Assembly (NCBI GenBank): GCA_032654565.1
Contig: JAULAX010000015.1
Span: 1,088,001 to 1,152,000 of the forward strand
Origin: Anaeromyxobacteraceae bacterium
Lineage (GTDB): Bacteria; Myxococcota; Myxococcia; Myxococcales; Anaeromyxobacteraceae
DNA length: 64,000 bases
Direction of reading: 5' to 3'
Shown: positions 40,929 through 49,884 of the stretch, piece by piece
Layout: each line of letters starts with the position of its first letter
Numbering within the stretch: position 1 is the first letter of the stretch
The notes under the pieces: generated by a model
Told to the model about the DNA's origin: nothing
The model's input: only the letters and a program-made list of their open reading frames with translations
The model's database searches: none
Made by a program: the position numbers and the translations under genes

Positions 40929-41118
40929 GGCTCGCCTCCGGGACCGTTCTATCCCGTTCGGTGGGTCGGCGGCGGGGCATCGTCCTGGCCGGGGGCGTCA
41001 CCGGGCCGGCAACCAGCTCCGGCGCCTTCGAGTCGTGGGTGCGCCACCAGTGCTGCTTCGCCGGAATGCGAGACCGGAAGACGGACGGGCAGCGTCCCCT
41101 CCAGCGTGAAGGCGAGGC

Positions 41119-41535
41119 CTACGGCGCCACCGGCAGCCCGAGGGCCTCGGCGTTGCGGCGGATCCGGTCGTCGCAGCTGACCACGGTGAGCCCGCCGATC
41201 GACTCGTCGAGCTCCAGCGCCGAGGCGAGGTGGATGGCGTCCAGCGTCCGGACCGGCTCGAGCGGGAGGTCGTCCCGGGCTCGCCCCAGCACCGGGGCGT
41301 CCACCGCCAGCACGTCCCAGCTGCGCTCGAAGGCCGCCAGCCAGCGCTCCACCTCGCGGCCTTGCCGGGCGTCGAGCCGCCCCTCGCGGCGCGCCCGCGC
41401 CAGCGCCCGGGCGGCCTCGGTGAAGGTGAGCGCCGAGGTCACCACCTCGGCCCCGGTCAGCCGGGCCCGGAGCGGCGCGTCCCCCTCCAGCAGCGCCCGC
41501 AGCAGCGCGCTGGTCTCGACGTAGAGGCGGCTCAC
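41119..41535 (-). CDS. vapC: VapC-type PIN-domain toxin
   Basis: YVETSALL, RTLDAIHLASA, SCDDR. Confidence 0.85.
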   Translation of the reverse strand: MSRLYVETSALLRALLEGDAPLRARLTGAEVVTSALTFTEAARALARARREGRLDARQGREVERWLAAFERSWDVLAVDAPVLGRARDDLPLEPVRTLDAIHLASALELDESIGGLTVVSCDDRIRRNAEALGLPVAP

Positions 41536-41831
41536 GCTTCACCGCGCTCGGCGTCGAGCAGCCCGGCGGCGCTCCCGGGAGCGAGCCGCACGCTGGGGGC
41601 CGGGGGCCAGGCCCGCGCCTCGGCCCGTGCGCCGGGCACCAGGCGACCCGCCTCGACCAGCCGGCGGTAGCGCAGCTCGTCGGGGGAGGCGGCGCGGTCG
41701 GCCACGCCGGGGAGCCGGAGCTCGGCCACCACCCGGCCGTGGTCGGTGACCAGCACCACCTCGCCCCGCTCGACCTCTCGCAGGTAGGCGCTGAAGCGGG
41801 CGCGCAGCTCTCGGACCCCGGCGGTCTTCAT
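41532..41831 (-). CDS. Phd/YefM-family antitoxin
   Basis: GVRELRARFSAYLREVERGEVVLVTDHG. Confidence 0.85.
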   Translation of the reverse strand: MKTAGVRELRARFSAYLREVERGEVVLVTDHGRVVAELRLPGVADRAASPDELRYRRLVEAGRLVPGARAEARAWPPAPSVRLAPGSAAGLLDAERGEA

Positions 41832-41837
41832 GAGGGG

Positions 41838-41866
41838 AGTGTAGTCACCGGTGACTACATCGTCAA
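41838..41866 (-). promoter_or_regulatory. sigma70 promoter with a perfect 20-bp palindromic operator (vapBC)
   Basis: TTGACG-N17-TACACT; TGTAGTCACCGGTGACTACA at 41840-41859. Confidence 0.8.
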
Positions 41867-41885
41867 GGCGAGCCAGGTCGCCGAA

Positions 41886-41960
41886 CCTCGCGCCACCGGG
41901 AAGACCACCTGGCTCCGCCAGCACTTCGGGAAGGCTCGCTGGTTCAACCTGCTCCAGGAG
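41886..41960 (+). pseudogene. remnant of an AAA+ (AAA_14/DUF4143-type) ATPase N-terminus
   Basis: translates PRATGKTTWLRQHFGKARWFNLLQE (Walker A) with no start and no continuation. Confidence 0.55.
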
Positions 41961-41966
41961 AGACGG

Positions 41967-42914
41967 TCAGACCGCGCCCGACTTTCGGGCCGCCGCCTCC
42001 ACCGTCCGACCGCGAGCTTCGAGGAGGCGCGCATAGCGAAGCTTCATGTCGTCCGGCAGGTAGCACCGAGCGACGAGGTCGAGCGAGGGCGCGAGCGCGG
42101 CATGCACCTGCCCGAGGACCCGCACCGTCGCCTTGGGCGTGAGGCCGCAGTACGAGGCGAAGGTGAGCCATTGCCGCGGCGTGACCATTCGCCGGTTGCC
42201 GCTCACCGGGAGCGCCAGCTGGTCGTCCTCGACCACCAGGTCGGTGCAGAGGAGGTCGTAGGCCGGCGAGAGGCGGTGCAGGCCATCGACGCCGCGAAGG
42301 AGCGACAGGTTCTTGAGGTGCATGTCGCCGTTGCCAGTCCACCAGGCGAAGACCGCCTGCCGGAAGAGCGACAGGGCGGCCACCAGCGGCTCGGAGGCGT
42401 GGCGCCGAACCAGCCTGGCACAGAGCTCCGCGGATCCCTCGTACTTCTGCTTGGGGGCGAGCTCTCCGAGCTGGCAGAAGTCCTCCTGGAGGAGCTTCCT
42501 GCCTTCCGCGGTCCGATCGAACCGGCGCGTGAGGTAGGCCAGGCTCCCGTCGTGGAGCCTGACGAGACCGTTCGGGGGCACCTGGAGCCCCGCGGCCGCG
42601 GCGATGCGCATGGTGACGTGCTCGTTCTCGGGCAGGCTCGGGAAGACCTGGGCCTGGGGCTTCAGGATGAAGTGGCCCTTCTCCACGGCGACCCGGAGCG
42701 TGGCGCGGTCGGCGGTGAGCCCCACCGAGACCTTTCTCTGGACGCCCGAGAGCGAGGTGTGGCCCACCATGGCCTGGGCCACGGTGTGGAGCCTGGCCAG
42801 CTCCAGGTCGATGGCCGGGACGCGGGTCGATCCGAAGAGGGCCTTGGCGCAGCGGGCGTGGTACTCGCCTTCGCCGCGGACATCGGCCAGGCAGACCAGG
42901 CAGCGCGCGGTCAC
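41967..42914 (-). CDS. HipA C-terminal kinase (HipT-like)
   Basis: SLSGVQRK, FILKP, RRFDR, EDFCQL, GNGDMHLKN, LSPAYD. Confidence 0.9.
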   Translation of the reverse strand: MTARCLVCLADVRGEGEYHARCAKALFGSTRVPAIDLELARLHTVAQAMVGHTSLSGVQRKVSVGLTADRATLRVAVEKGHFILKPQAQVFPSLPENEHVTMRIAAAAGLQVPPNGLVRLHDGSLAYLTRRFDRTAEGRKLLQEDFCQLGELAPKQKYEGSAELCARLVRRHASEPLVAALSLFRQAVFAWWTGNGDMHLKNLSLLRGVDGLHRLSPAYDLLCTDLVVEDDQLALPVSGNRRMVTPRQWLTFASYCGLTPKATVRVLGQVHAALAPSLDLVARCYLPDDMKLRYARLLEARGRTVEAAARKSGAV

Positions 42915-43246
42915 GCCGCCTCCCCGGTGGCGTCGACGACCTCGACCGCGCCGATGCAGTCGCCGCACGTGGCGAGCAGGAGCCCGAAGGCGTCGTCTCT
43001 CGAGATCTTGAGCTTCGCGGTGCTGAGCTCGAGGAGCCAGCCCTCCGGGAGGAGGTTCTCGAAGTACGGGTGGAGGCCGCGGTGGTCGAACGGCTCCGGG
43101 CGCAGGGGGAGCGTCAGGGAGATGGGCAGCCGGTCCGGGGTGGCCAGCCAGGTCGCGTCGTAGGTGAAGCGGGTGCCGGCCTCCCGCTCCTCGATGATGC
43201 CGACGCGGCGGCCGTCGAGCCTGACCAGCCCGCGCCGGGCGCTCAC
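42911..43246 (-). CDS. HipA N-terminal domain protein (HipS-like)
   Basis: FTYD, ISLTLP, FENLLPEG, DCIGAV; GTGA-coupled to both neighbours. Confidence 0.85.
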   Translation of the reverse strand: MSARRGLVRLDGRRVGIIEEREAGTRFTYDATWLATPDRLPISLTLPLRPEPFDHRGLHPYFENLLPEGWLLELSTAKLKISRDDAFGLLLATCGDCIGAVEVVDATGEAA

Positions 43247-43522
43247 GGCGCGGGCTCCTCGGCGCGGGTCGCGTCGACGGCGCCGAGCGTCTTGCCGAAG
43301 ACGGCCAGGACCCGGTTCACCACGTCCATGCGGAGCGTGGCCTTGCCGCGCTCGAGGTCCCAGATGGCGCGAGGGCCGACCCCCGCGAGCTCCGAGAGGG
43401 CGCGCTGCGTGAGGCCGGCCGCCTTGCGCCGGTCGCGGACGAGGAGCGCGAGCGCATTGGTCTCCCGATAGGGAGAAACACGCCTCTGGGTCGCTCTGCT
43501 CCGCGGCTTCTTCGTGGGTCAT
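43243..43522 (-). pseudogene. HipB-like XRE HTH antitoxin; ATG is one base out of frame
   Basis: LVRDRRKAAGLTQRALSELAGVG...LERGK HTH frame has no in-frame start upstream of the HTH; ATG at 43522 reads ATG-A-CCC. Confidence 0.7.
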
Positions 43523-43620
43523 CTGAGCGTCAGTATCCCGATAGGGAGAAAAGACGTCAAGTCGGGCTCGTCGAAACCGGCCCGGAAGGCGCTCGGAGCG
43601 GTTGTATCCCGATCGGGAGA
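43461..43620. promoter_or_regulatory. three HipB-type operators and the sigma70 promoter of the hip operon
   Basis: TMTCCC-N4-GGGAGA at 43461, 43534, 43605; TTGACG-N17-GATACT on minus strand (43560-43532). Confidence 0.8.
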
Positions 43621-43639
43621 CGTCAAGTGGCACTCCGTC

Positions 43640-43996
43640 GCGCGGCATGGCCACGGCATCCTGGAAGGCGGCCTCTACCCGCAGGCCAATCTCCACCAGC
43701 GGGAACGGATGCGCGCCATCGCCGCGGAGCGCTACGGCGGGCCGGTCGTGGAGCTGGAGCCGGTCATCGAGCCGCTCCCCGAGATCTCCAGGCCCGGTCA
43801 TCCACGGGAGCGACTCCCCTGGATGGCCTGCATGGCGCGGCTCTCCTCGGCGCCGGTCGATCCGGAGCTGGTCTCGTCGGAGCTGACGCTGCTCTGGTGG
43901 CAGGACGCTTTCGAGCTGCCGCTCCCGCAGGAGATCGAGCGCGCGGCCGCGGACCTGGACTGGGCCGGACGTGCCGAGGACGTGGACCAGCTTTGA
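43640..43996 (+). pseudogene. 5'-truncated hypothetical gene remnant
   Basis: GC3-biased frame ending SELTLLWWQD...LDW...AEDVDQL; the 5' part runs into hip operators with no credible start. Confidence 0.4.
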
Positions 43997-44020
43997 GCCG
44001 GGGCCTCTTCCCTACCTGGG

Positions 44021-44608
44021 CTACACACCGCCAAGTGGAGGCGGCGTCTGCTCCTTCAGTCGGCTGCCGACTCGCTCTGCCGCAGGCGTTCCGAAGAGTC
44101 GCTCCACCACGGCGAGGAAGTTGAGCCTGAAGTCCTCCAGCGACCCGGTGACCTGAGTGCGCGCGTCGTAGTACCTGAGGATCAGCGTCTCCAGGTCGAG
44201 CGGTCTCCTGGCGTGGATGTCCGAGATGGCCGCGAGGTCATGGGCCTCGGCACGGCCGGCCTTCATGATCACCAGATCGTGCTGCTCGGGAACGAGGACG
44301 GTGAGGCGTTCGAGGCCTTCGAGCGGCAGGCGCAAACGTCGGTCCTCGTAGTCGTACGGCGCGACGAAGAACGAAACCGTCTGGAGAGGTACCGGTTGGG
44401 CCTGCTGCGCCCGGTCGACCGCCTCCCAGAACGACTTCAGCGCGATCGGTATGAGGTCGATGTCGGTGGTGGCGTGCCGCGTGTCGTAGACCAGCCCGAT
44501 GGCGGCTCCGCCGATCACCGTGATGGTCACGGGCCCGGTCAGCTCACGATCGAGCAGCCGGAGGAACGCCTCGAGTTCGTGAGGCTCGAAACTACGTGGC
44601 CCGGACAT
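44021..44608 (-). CDS. DUF6036-type nucleotidyltransferase
   Basis: VIGGAAI...TTDIDL, DLVIMK.GR...DL. Confidence 0.8.
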   Translation of the reverse strand: MSGPRSFEPHELEAFLRLLDRELTGPVTITVIGGAAIGLVYDTRHATTDIDLIPIALKSFWEAVDRAQQAQPVPLQTVSFFVAPYDYEDRRLRLPLEGLERLTVLVPEQHDLVIMKAGRAEAHDLAAISDIHARRPLDLETLILRYYDARTQVTGSLEDFRLNFLAVVERLFGTPAAERVGSRLKEQTPPPLGGV

Positions 44609-45371
44609 GTTTCCTCAGCAAGTCGCGAACGGAGGCCTCGGACATGTTCATGTAGAAGTTCCACCGGGTGGCCGCAGCAGGGCTGCGCTGCTCGGCGAGC
44701 TGGCGGTCGAAGGTGCCCTGCACGGATGGGAAGTAGCGGGCCCGCGTCCTGCGGGCGTCGAGGAGCTCCTCGGCCTGCGCGCAGAGCGCTGGAAGCCCGG
44801 CGGCCGTTCCGGTGAGGTCGAGCAGTACGCCCAGCTCCGCCTTGAGGTTCATGCGCCGGGCACCATCCATGAGCTCCGTCCAGTCGAGTTCGTTGGCGTG
44901 TTTGGCCAGGACGACCGGCAGCACGCGAAGGATCGTCGGGTCAGTCCGTGCAGCCTTCAGCCCGCGGAGGATCGAGTCCGAGAGCGAGTAGGCCGCCCTC
45001 GGCGTCTCCCCTTGCAAGGGAGCCCCGTGCGCGGCGAGAGAGGGGCGAAGCTCTGGATCGACCTCGCCGCCGGCCGGCTCGAGCCTGGCCGCCACGAGCA
45101 GCCCGGAGAGCGCCCGCGCCGAAGCGCTCCGCTCGTTCGGACGGACCAGGTGCGCCGACCCGATGGTCCGGACCTCCACGAGCCCGGCCTGTTCGAGCCG
45201 CTGAACCTCGACCGTGACGGCCCGAGGGGTCAACTTCGCGCGGCGCGCCAGCTCGCTCAGGGACGCCTCCTGGGCCTGGTCCGAGAACAGCGCTTCCACC
45301 AGGGCCCTCCGAGCCTTGGCCGGGAACAGGGCTTCAAGAACCAGGCTGGCGGAACGTAGCTGGTACTTCAT
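44592..45371 (-). CDS. winged-HTH protein paired with the DUF6036 nucleotidyltransferase
   Basis: SLSELARRAKLTPRAVTVEVQRLEQAGLV; overlaps the downstream gene. Confidence 0.75.
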   Translation of the reverse strand: MKYQLRSASLVLEALFPAKARRALVEALFSDQAQEASLSELARRAKLTPRAVTVEVQRLEQAGLVEVRTIGSAHLVRPNERSASARALSGLLVAARLEPAGGEVDPELRPSLAAHGAPLQGETPRAAYSLSDSILRGLKAARTDPTILRVLPVVLAKHANELDWTELMDGARRMNLKAELGVLLDLTGTAAGLPALCAQAEELLDARRTRARYFPSVQGTFDRQLAEQRSPAAATRWNFYMNMSEASVRDLLRKHVRAT

Positions 45372-45377
45372 ATGCTA

Positions 45378-45406
45378 AAGATAGTAAGAAAAATCCTAAG
45401 TGTCCA
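45378..45406 (-). promoter_or_regulatory. sigma70 promoter (leaderless) of the HTH-DUF6036 pair
   Basis: TGGACA-N17-TATCTT, 6 nt before ATG 45371. Confidence 0.6.
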
Positions 45407-46436
45407 CCGGGGAACCGACTGTCGGCTTCCCGTACACCCCCAGCAGCGCCCTCGCCTGCTTCTCCAGCAGCTCCACCGCCTCCCTTGGGCCGTCGATGGT
45501 CGCCTCGCCGCCGTACCCCAGCACCTGGCCGACCAGGAAGTTCCCCGGCGTCACCCGGGTCTTCACCACCACCGCGCCGCCGGCACCGGTCCCAGCGCCC
45601 CCCGCCGCAGCTCCGGCGCCCCCAGCCGCCCCGCCGCGGCCCAAGGCGCGCGACCTGGCCAGCGCCGCCGACAGCCCGGTGAACCGCAGCGTCACCTCCA
45701 CCTCGGCGCCCGACTCGAAGAAGAGCCCCTTCTTCAGGTAGCGCGCCACCGGCGGCCCCTGGTGGGCCCCGAAGACGCGCGCCCCGAGCTCCACCGAGAC
45801 CACCCGGTCGAGCCGGTAGAGGTGCTCGGCCTTCTTCTCCACGTTCCAGGCCGCCAGGTACCAGAGCCCGCCGCGCTGGAAGAGCAGCCGCGGCTCGACG
45901 ACGCGCCTGGTGATGCCGGCGTCGGCGACCGCCCGGTACTCGAGCGTGGTCTCGAGCCGCTGGGCGATGGCCTGCTGCAGCGACGGCGCCCAGGGCTCGG
46001 GTGGCTTCTCGCCGAGGTCGAGCCCCCTGGCCAGCCGGTCGGTCTCCTCCCGCAGGAAGGGGGGCACCGCCTTGCGCAGCTTGCGGATCGCCTCCTTCAC
46101 CGGACGGCCGCCGTCCTTCTCGAAGGGCGCCAGGGCGGAGAGCAGCACCGCCCCCTCGGCGATGGAGAAGGACGGGGGCGTGCCGAAGTGGTGAGCGTAG
46201 GTGATCTGCACCTCGTCGTCCTCGACGTAGAGGTCAATCGCCTCCTCGGCGCCGCTCGGATCGACCCAGACGTTCTGCACCGCGGCGATGTCCTCGCGGA
46301 CCTGGGCCTCGCTGCGGGCGCCGCTCGCTTCCATGGCCTTGGCGAGCGGCAGGCCGCGGCCATTGCGCGCCGCGCGGGCCACCACCGGGATGAGCAGGAG
46401 CAGCCGGCGGAGCCGCTGCAGGGAGAGGTCACTCAC
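45396..46436 (-). CDS. PafC-like HTH-WYL-WCX regulator
   Basis: RLRRLLLLIP...VREDI; RRVVEP..L....GLWYL.AW...YRLDRV; LGYGG...I.GP. Confidence 0.88.
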   Translation of the reverse strand: MSDLSLQRLRRLLLLIPVVARAARNGRGLPLAKAMEASGARSEAQVREDIAAVQNVWVDPSGAEEAIDLYVEDDEVQITYAHHFGTPPSFSIAEGAVLLSALAPFEKDGGRPVKEAIRKLRKAVPPFLREETDRLARGLDLGEKPPEPWAPSLQQAIAQRLETTLEYRAVADAGITRRVVEPRLLFQRGGLWYLAAWNVEKKAEHLYRLDRVVSVELGARVFGAHQGPPVARYLKKGLFFESGAEVEVTLRFTGLSAALARSRALGRGGAAGGAGAAAGGAGTGAGGAVVVKTRVTPGNFLVGQVLGYGGEATIDGPREAVELLEKQARALLGVYGKPTVGSPVDT

Positions 46437-47986
46437 GGCGCCACCCCCGCTCCGGCGCCGAGCACGCGCTCGAGGAGCTCCCTCGCCATGGCGCGCCCCT
46501 CGGCCGGCTCGACCAGCTCGGCCTCCAGCCCCCAGGCCAGCGCCTGGCGGACCAGGCCGCGCAGGTTGCGCACCTCCAGCCACGCCAGGCGGGCGCCGCT
46601 CGGCTCGGTGCTGAGCTTCGCCTCGGGCAGCAATTGCCTGGCCACGCGCGCCAGCGAGCCGCGGAAGCGGATCGCGGCCGGTCTCGGGGCGTGGACGTCA
46701 TAGTCCCAGACCTGCTGCCGCGACCAGCGCTTGATGTCGAAGTCGGCCGGGATCTGGTAGTCGGGGTCCTGGGCGCGGACGCCGTTCTTCTTCAGCGTGC
46801 GGCAGCGCGAGAGGTAGAAGATGCGGACGGCGTTGCGCAGGTGGCAATGGCCCACCAGGATCCACTCGCCGCGGCGGAGCGCCCAGCCGTAGACGTCCAC
46901 CTGGCGCTGCACCACCTCGCCCGTCGCCGCGCGCCAGTAGTCGATGGTGAGGGTCTTGCGGGTCTTCCAGCCCTTGATGAGCGTGTCGAAGTGCCGGCGC
47001 TGCTCGGTGGCGTCCACGTCGGTGACGGCCGAGAGCTCCTCGGTGGCGGCGGCGCGAGGTGGCATGCCCTTGCCGCCGATGACCAGCTTGCGGACGGCGT
47101 TCTCCAGCTCGTCGCGGAGCGGGTGGTCCGAAAGTCGTAGTGCGCTTGCGCCGGCGAACCAGAGCAGCGCCGCCTCGTCAGGCGTGAACTCCACGGCCGG
47201 CAGGATGGTGGAGCGGGCGTCGAGCACGTAGCCGCTGGCCTCGGCGCGGCCGCCGAGCTCCACCGTCTCGAGCGCGAAGCCGAGGTCGCGCAGCAGCGTC
47301 TTGTCGCGCCCGAACTTCTTCTCCTTGGCGGCGGCGTTGCCGGCGTACTCCTTCGGGAAGGCGGCGTAGATGCGCTCGCGGCTGGCCGGCTCGTCCTGCG
47401 TGAGGAGCCACTGCGCCAGGCGGAGGCAACGAACGGAGCCGGTGTCGTCCTGGGGCGTGGCGCGGGGGGCGGGCATGGGCGGGTCGGAGTCTACCGCGAC
47501 AGCCGTACCGAGAGATGAGGCGAGTGAGAAGACGACGTCTTCCCGGGCGGCCGCGAGCTTGACGAGGGCGTTCCCGGAGCGGTCGGTGCCGGCCTGGCCG
47601 TCGGGGAGCAGAGCCCGCAGCCAGGACTGGTCGCCGGGCCCGGCGCGGAGCGAGAAGACCCGCTGCGCGGTGGCTCCCCAGCCCAGGTAGGCGCCACCGC
47701 TGAAGGCGTCGGCGTCGAAGGCGGGCGGGGGAGGGCGGGGGCGGGAGCGGGCGGCGGAGGCGGCCGATATGCGGGCCAGGTCGAGCACGCGCACCGAGCC
47801 GAGCTCGTGGAGGAGCGCCGCCACCAGCCAGCGGCCGGCGTCGGGCTTGAAGCCGAGCACCGAGGCGGTGAACGGGCCGCGGGCGAGGCCGGGCTGGCGG
47901 GTGGTGATGGTGACGGCGCGCCGGCGACCGGAGGCGTGGGCGAGGGTCTTCAGGGTGTCGAGGCGTCTTTGGGTGAGGCGAGACAT
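46433..47986 (-). CDS. PafB-like HTH-WYL-WCX regulator with an extra N-terminal degenerate WYL-WCX module
   Basis: EKKFGRDKTLLRDLG (PafB-type), WYL with GEWILVGHC...RIFYLSR; alternative start ATG 47476. Confidence 0.85.
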   Translation of the reverse strand: MSRLTQRRLDTLKTLAHASGRRRAVTITTRQPGLARGPFTASVLGFKPDAGRWLVAALLHELGSVRVLDLARISAASAARSRPRPPPPAFDADAFSGGAYLGWGATAQRVFSLRAGPGDQSWLRALLPDGQAGTDRSGNALVKLAAAREDVVFSLASSLGTAVAVDSDPPMPAPRATPQDDTGSVRCLRLAQWLLTQDEPASRERIYAAFPKEYAGNAAAKEKKFGRDKTLLRDLGFALETVELGGRAEASGYVLDARSTILPAVEFTPDEAALLWFAGASALRLSDHPLRDELENAVRKLVIGGKGMPPRAAATEELSAVTDVDATEQRRHFDTLIKGWKTRKTLTIDYWRAATGEVVQRQVDVYGWALRRGEWILVGHCHLRNAVRIFYLSRCRTLKKNGVRAQDPDYQIPADFDIKRWSRQQVWDYDVHAPRPAAIRFRGSLARVARQLLPEAKLSTEPSGARLAWLEVRNLRGLVRQALAWGLEAELVEPAEGRAMARELLERVLGAGAGVAP

Positions 47987-48016
47987 CTGGTGCTCCCGCT
48001 GCGGCTGCGGGAGTCA

Positions 48017-49090
48017 TCATGGGGAGGGGAGGGACATGGGGGGAGGAGCGGGATCGTACCAGGCGCCGCGGCCGGCCCCCAGCAGACGCAGGCGACCCGC
48101 CACGGTGAGCTGACGGAGGTGGAGCTTGACCGTGTTGCGGTTGGCGCCGGTCAGCTTCACGGCCGATGCGACCGTGAGCCGGCCATGCTCCCTGGCAAGG
48201 CGCAGCAGCGACTCGTCGAGCGCGGAGAGGGCGGCCATGAGCTGCTCCCGCTCCACCTTCCGCTCGAGGACGTGCGTCTGCTGGGAGAGGCAGCGCAGGA
48301 AGAAGGCGAGCCACTCGCCGAGCCGCTTCTCTCCCTTGTCGAGCGTAGACTGGGCTCGCCTCAGGGTCCGGTAGTACTCGTCCTTGTTCTCCTCGATGAC
48401 CCGCTCAAGCGAGCTGAAGGGCGCGTACTCGTAGCCAGCGCGCAGGAGGAGGAGAGTGGTGAGCACCCGCGACAGCCGTCCGTTGCCGTCCTGGAAAGGA
48501 TGGATGGCGAGGAAGCGGACCGTGAAGGTCCCGATGACCAGCAGGGGGTGGAGTTCACCGGCCTCCAGGGCCTGGCGAGTCCATCCGACCAGCCCTTCCA
48601 TCTGGCGCGGGGTGTCAAAGGGGCTGGTGGTCTCGAACACGACCCCCAGGCTCTTCCCGTCAGGCCCGAAGGCCTCGACATGGTTGGGGAGCTTCTTGTA
48701 CTGGCCGCGGTGGCGTTGGTCCCTGGTCGAGTGCCGGAGCAGGAGGTCGTGCAGCTGCTTCAAGTGGTTCTCGGTGAGCGTGAGCTCGCGCCAGGACTCG
48801 AAGACCAGCTCCATGGCCGCGGCGTAGCCGGCCACCTCCTGCTCGTCGCGAGACCGGAAGGAGCGGACGTCAATCCTGGAGAGGAGCCGGTCCACCTCGG
48901 CGTCGGAGAGCTTCGCTCCCTCGATGCGGGTCGAGGAGCCGACCGACTCGATGGTCGCCACCCGCCGCAGCGCCGAGAGCCGGTCTGGCGCCAGCCGGCC
49001 GAGCGCCTGCCACCGGCCCTTGAACTCGTCGAGCCCGGCAATGAGGCGCAAGAGAGCTGGCGTGATGGTGAGCGACCTGAGCGGGTCCAT
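48017..49090 (-). CDS. Fic-domain protein with C-terminal wHTH
   Basis: HPFQDGNGR; SSTRIEG inhibitory-helix-like motif. Confidence 0.92.
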   Translation of the reverse strand: MDPLRSLTITPALLRLIAGLDEFKGRWQALGRLAPDRLSALRRVATIESVGSSTRIEGAKLSDAEVDRLLSRIDVRSFRSRDEQEVAGYAAAMELVFESWRELTLTENHLKQLHDLLLRHSTRDQRHRGQYKKLPNHVEAFGPDGKSLGVVFETTSPFDTPRQMEGLVGWTRQALEAGELHPLLVIGTFTVRFLAIHPFQDGNGRLSRVLTTLLLLRAGYEYAPFSSLERVIEENKDEYYRTLRRAQSTLDKGEKRLGEWLAFFLRCLSQQTHVLERKVEREQLMAALSALDESLLRLAREHGRLTVASAVKLTGANRNTVKLHLRQLTVAGRLRLLGAGRGAWYDPAPPPMSLPSP

Positions 49091-49100
49091 GGCTACCCGC

Positions 49101-49138
49101 GAATATACCCATTCATGACCGCAATGCAAAACGGGTAT
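49101..49138 (-). promoter_or_regulatory. sigma70-like promoter and inverted repeat upstream of fic
   Basis: TTGCAT-N16-TATATT; arms ATACCCATT (49105) / AACGGGTAT (49130). Confidence 0.6.
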
Positions 49139-49848
49139 CACCGGATATGGCCATGGGCGGCCGGAGCGATTCCGCGCTGGGCCGCAGCACGACCCTGGAG
49201 GGAGCGACCAGCGATCGCCTCGCGGTCGACGTGCTGTTGTTTGTCACTCTCCATGCCGGACGTCGTGGCTGCCTCCAACGAGGCGGAGGAACGAACGACT
49301 GCCTTCGCTGACGTGCCGACAGGACCACACCACATATTCAATACTTAGGCCCAACATGGGTGCACGACACTCGAAAATTGACCAATAGTGAATAGTCTAT
49401 ACTGGCAACGACACGCTGCAAATCTCCGGAAACACCGTCGTACCAGCGAAACGATGCGAGTTCCCGATGCCCCGCCATTCCCCAGGCTGCCCCGCGAAGC
49501 CCCTCCAGGAATAGCAATGGAATAGCAAGCCAGCACACCTAGTCGACAGTCAACAGGACGGCATATGGCGGACCGCTCTCGGCGGCACTGCGACCAGGAG
49601 GGTCGTGCCCGCCTCGCATGCCTGACCGGGGTGCGGCACCCTCAAGCCGATGAACGATGGAACGCTCGGAACGACAGCGTTACCAAGGACGGTCACTCAT
49701 CAAGCCGTCGTTACCAGTCCGCCAAGGGCCCAACGCGCCGGGAGGCGCCGCTCGGCCCCGTCCACGGCCGTTGCCGGCCCAATCGCCGAGCTGGTCGCAT
49801 GCCCTGGCAACGGGCGATGGCCTGGCTGGAGCGCGCCAGTTCTCCCAC

Positions 49849-49883
49849 TTGCACAAAAGACAACGTTACGTTTACATTCGTGC
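49849..49883 (+). promoter_or_regulatory. promoter and imperfect 33-bp palindrome of the abiE operon
   Basis: TTGCAC-N18-TACATT, 6 nt before ATG; GCACAAAAGACAACGTTACGTTTACATTCGTGC (12/16 arm matches). Confidence 0.65.
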
Positions 49884-49884
49884 G

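Noticed and set aside
45575..45645. Gly/Ala-rich inserts in the PafC-like protein (and in the NERD protein at about 18255-18300)
   Set aside because: In-frame low-complexity loop expansions, common in high-GC genomes
49338..49538. 66-aa ORF in the low-GC spacer
   Set aside because: No RBS, no codon bias and no recognisable motif
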